Part shown: positions 63,781 to 64,000 of the stretch, in pieces
Numbering within the stretch: position 1 is the first letter of the stretch
Layout of the letters: every line of letters begins with the position of its first letter
From: Octopus bimaculoides
Lineage: Eukaryota
Reading direction: 5' to 3'
DNA length: 64,000 nt
NCBI RefSeq assembly: GCF_001194135.2
Contig: NC_068985.1
Coordinates: 104,998,106-105,062,105 of the forward strand
The notes under the pieces: generated by a model
What the model was told of the DNA's origin: nothing
Seen by the model: only the letters and a program-made list of their open reading frames with translations
Databases searched by the model: none
Position numbers and translations under genes: made by a program

Positions 63781-64000
63781 ATATATATATATATGTATAT
63801 ATATATATATGTATGTATATATATATATATTAATAGTAATGGTAAGACAACAACAGAATAAACGAGACCTCAATATTATGTAAATAGAGGAATTTATCTG
63901 TAATATAATATGTGACAATTATTTGGTGGCCATAATAAGACTCTGAGTTTCGGATGTCGGGGCAGAAAACTGCTCCGGCATCTCATCAGTTTTCATAGCA

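Overview
AT-rich eukaryotic scaffold with 5 large and 3 small N-gaps. Its SINE, RTE-tail and microsatellite content resembles octopus (coleoid cephalopod) DNA, though the species assignment is an inference. Two spliced genes are arranged head-to-head. (1) A PP2A scaffold subunit A (PPP2R1A/B orthologue) on the minus strand: 15 coding exons are traced with canonical GT-AG sites and consistent phases from 38943 down to 9956. About 157 nt of coding sequence is missing and most likely lies in the gap at 15659-16056. (2) A CCDC15-like centriolar coiled-coil gene on the plus strand: 7 phase-compatible exons from about 47485 to 63195, with the last exon beyond the window. The remainder is introns and intergenic DNA with decayed mariner/Tc1, RTE, CR1/L2, Penelope and Gypsy fragments and many tRNA-derived SINEs. 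I found no CRISPR array, rRNA or true tRNA gene, and no novel gene cluster. The best lead is structural, in a CCDC15 intron: a 2.68-kb Mutator-like element (57136-59813) with a 9-bp target-site duplication (TSD). It contains an inverted copy of its own left flanking DNA and a nested foldback MITE whose spacer is four telomeric repeats. Other leads are a housekeeping-type promoter signature inside a CCDC15 intron and several splicing features of PP2A-A that could change its function. All analysis was by eye; no searches were run.
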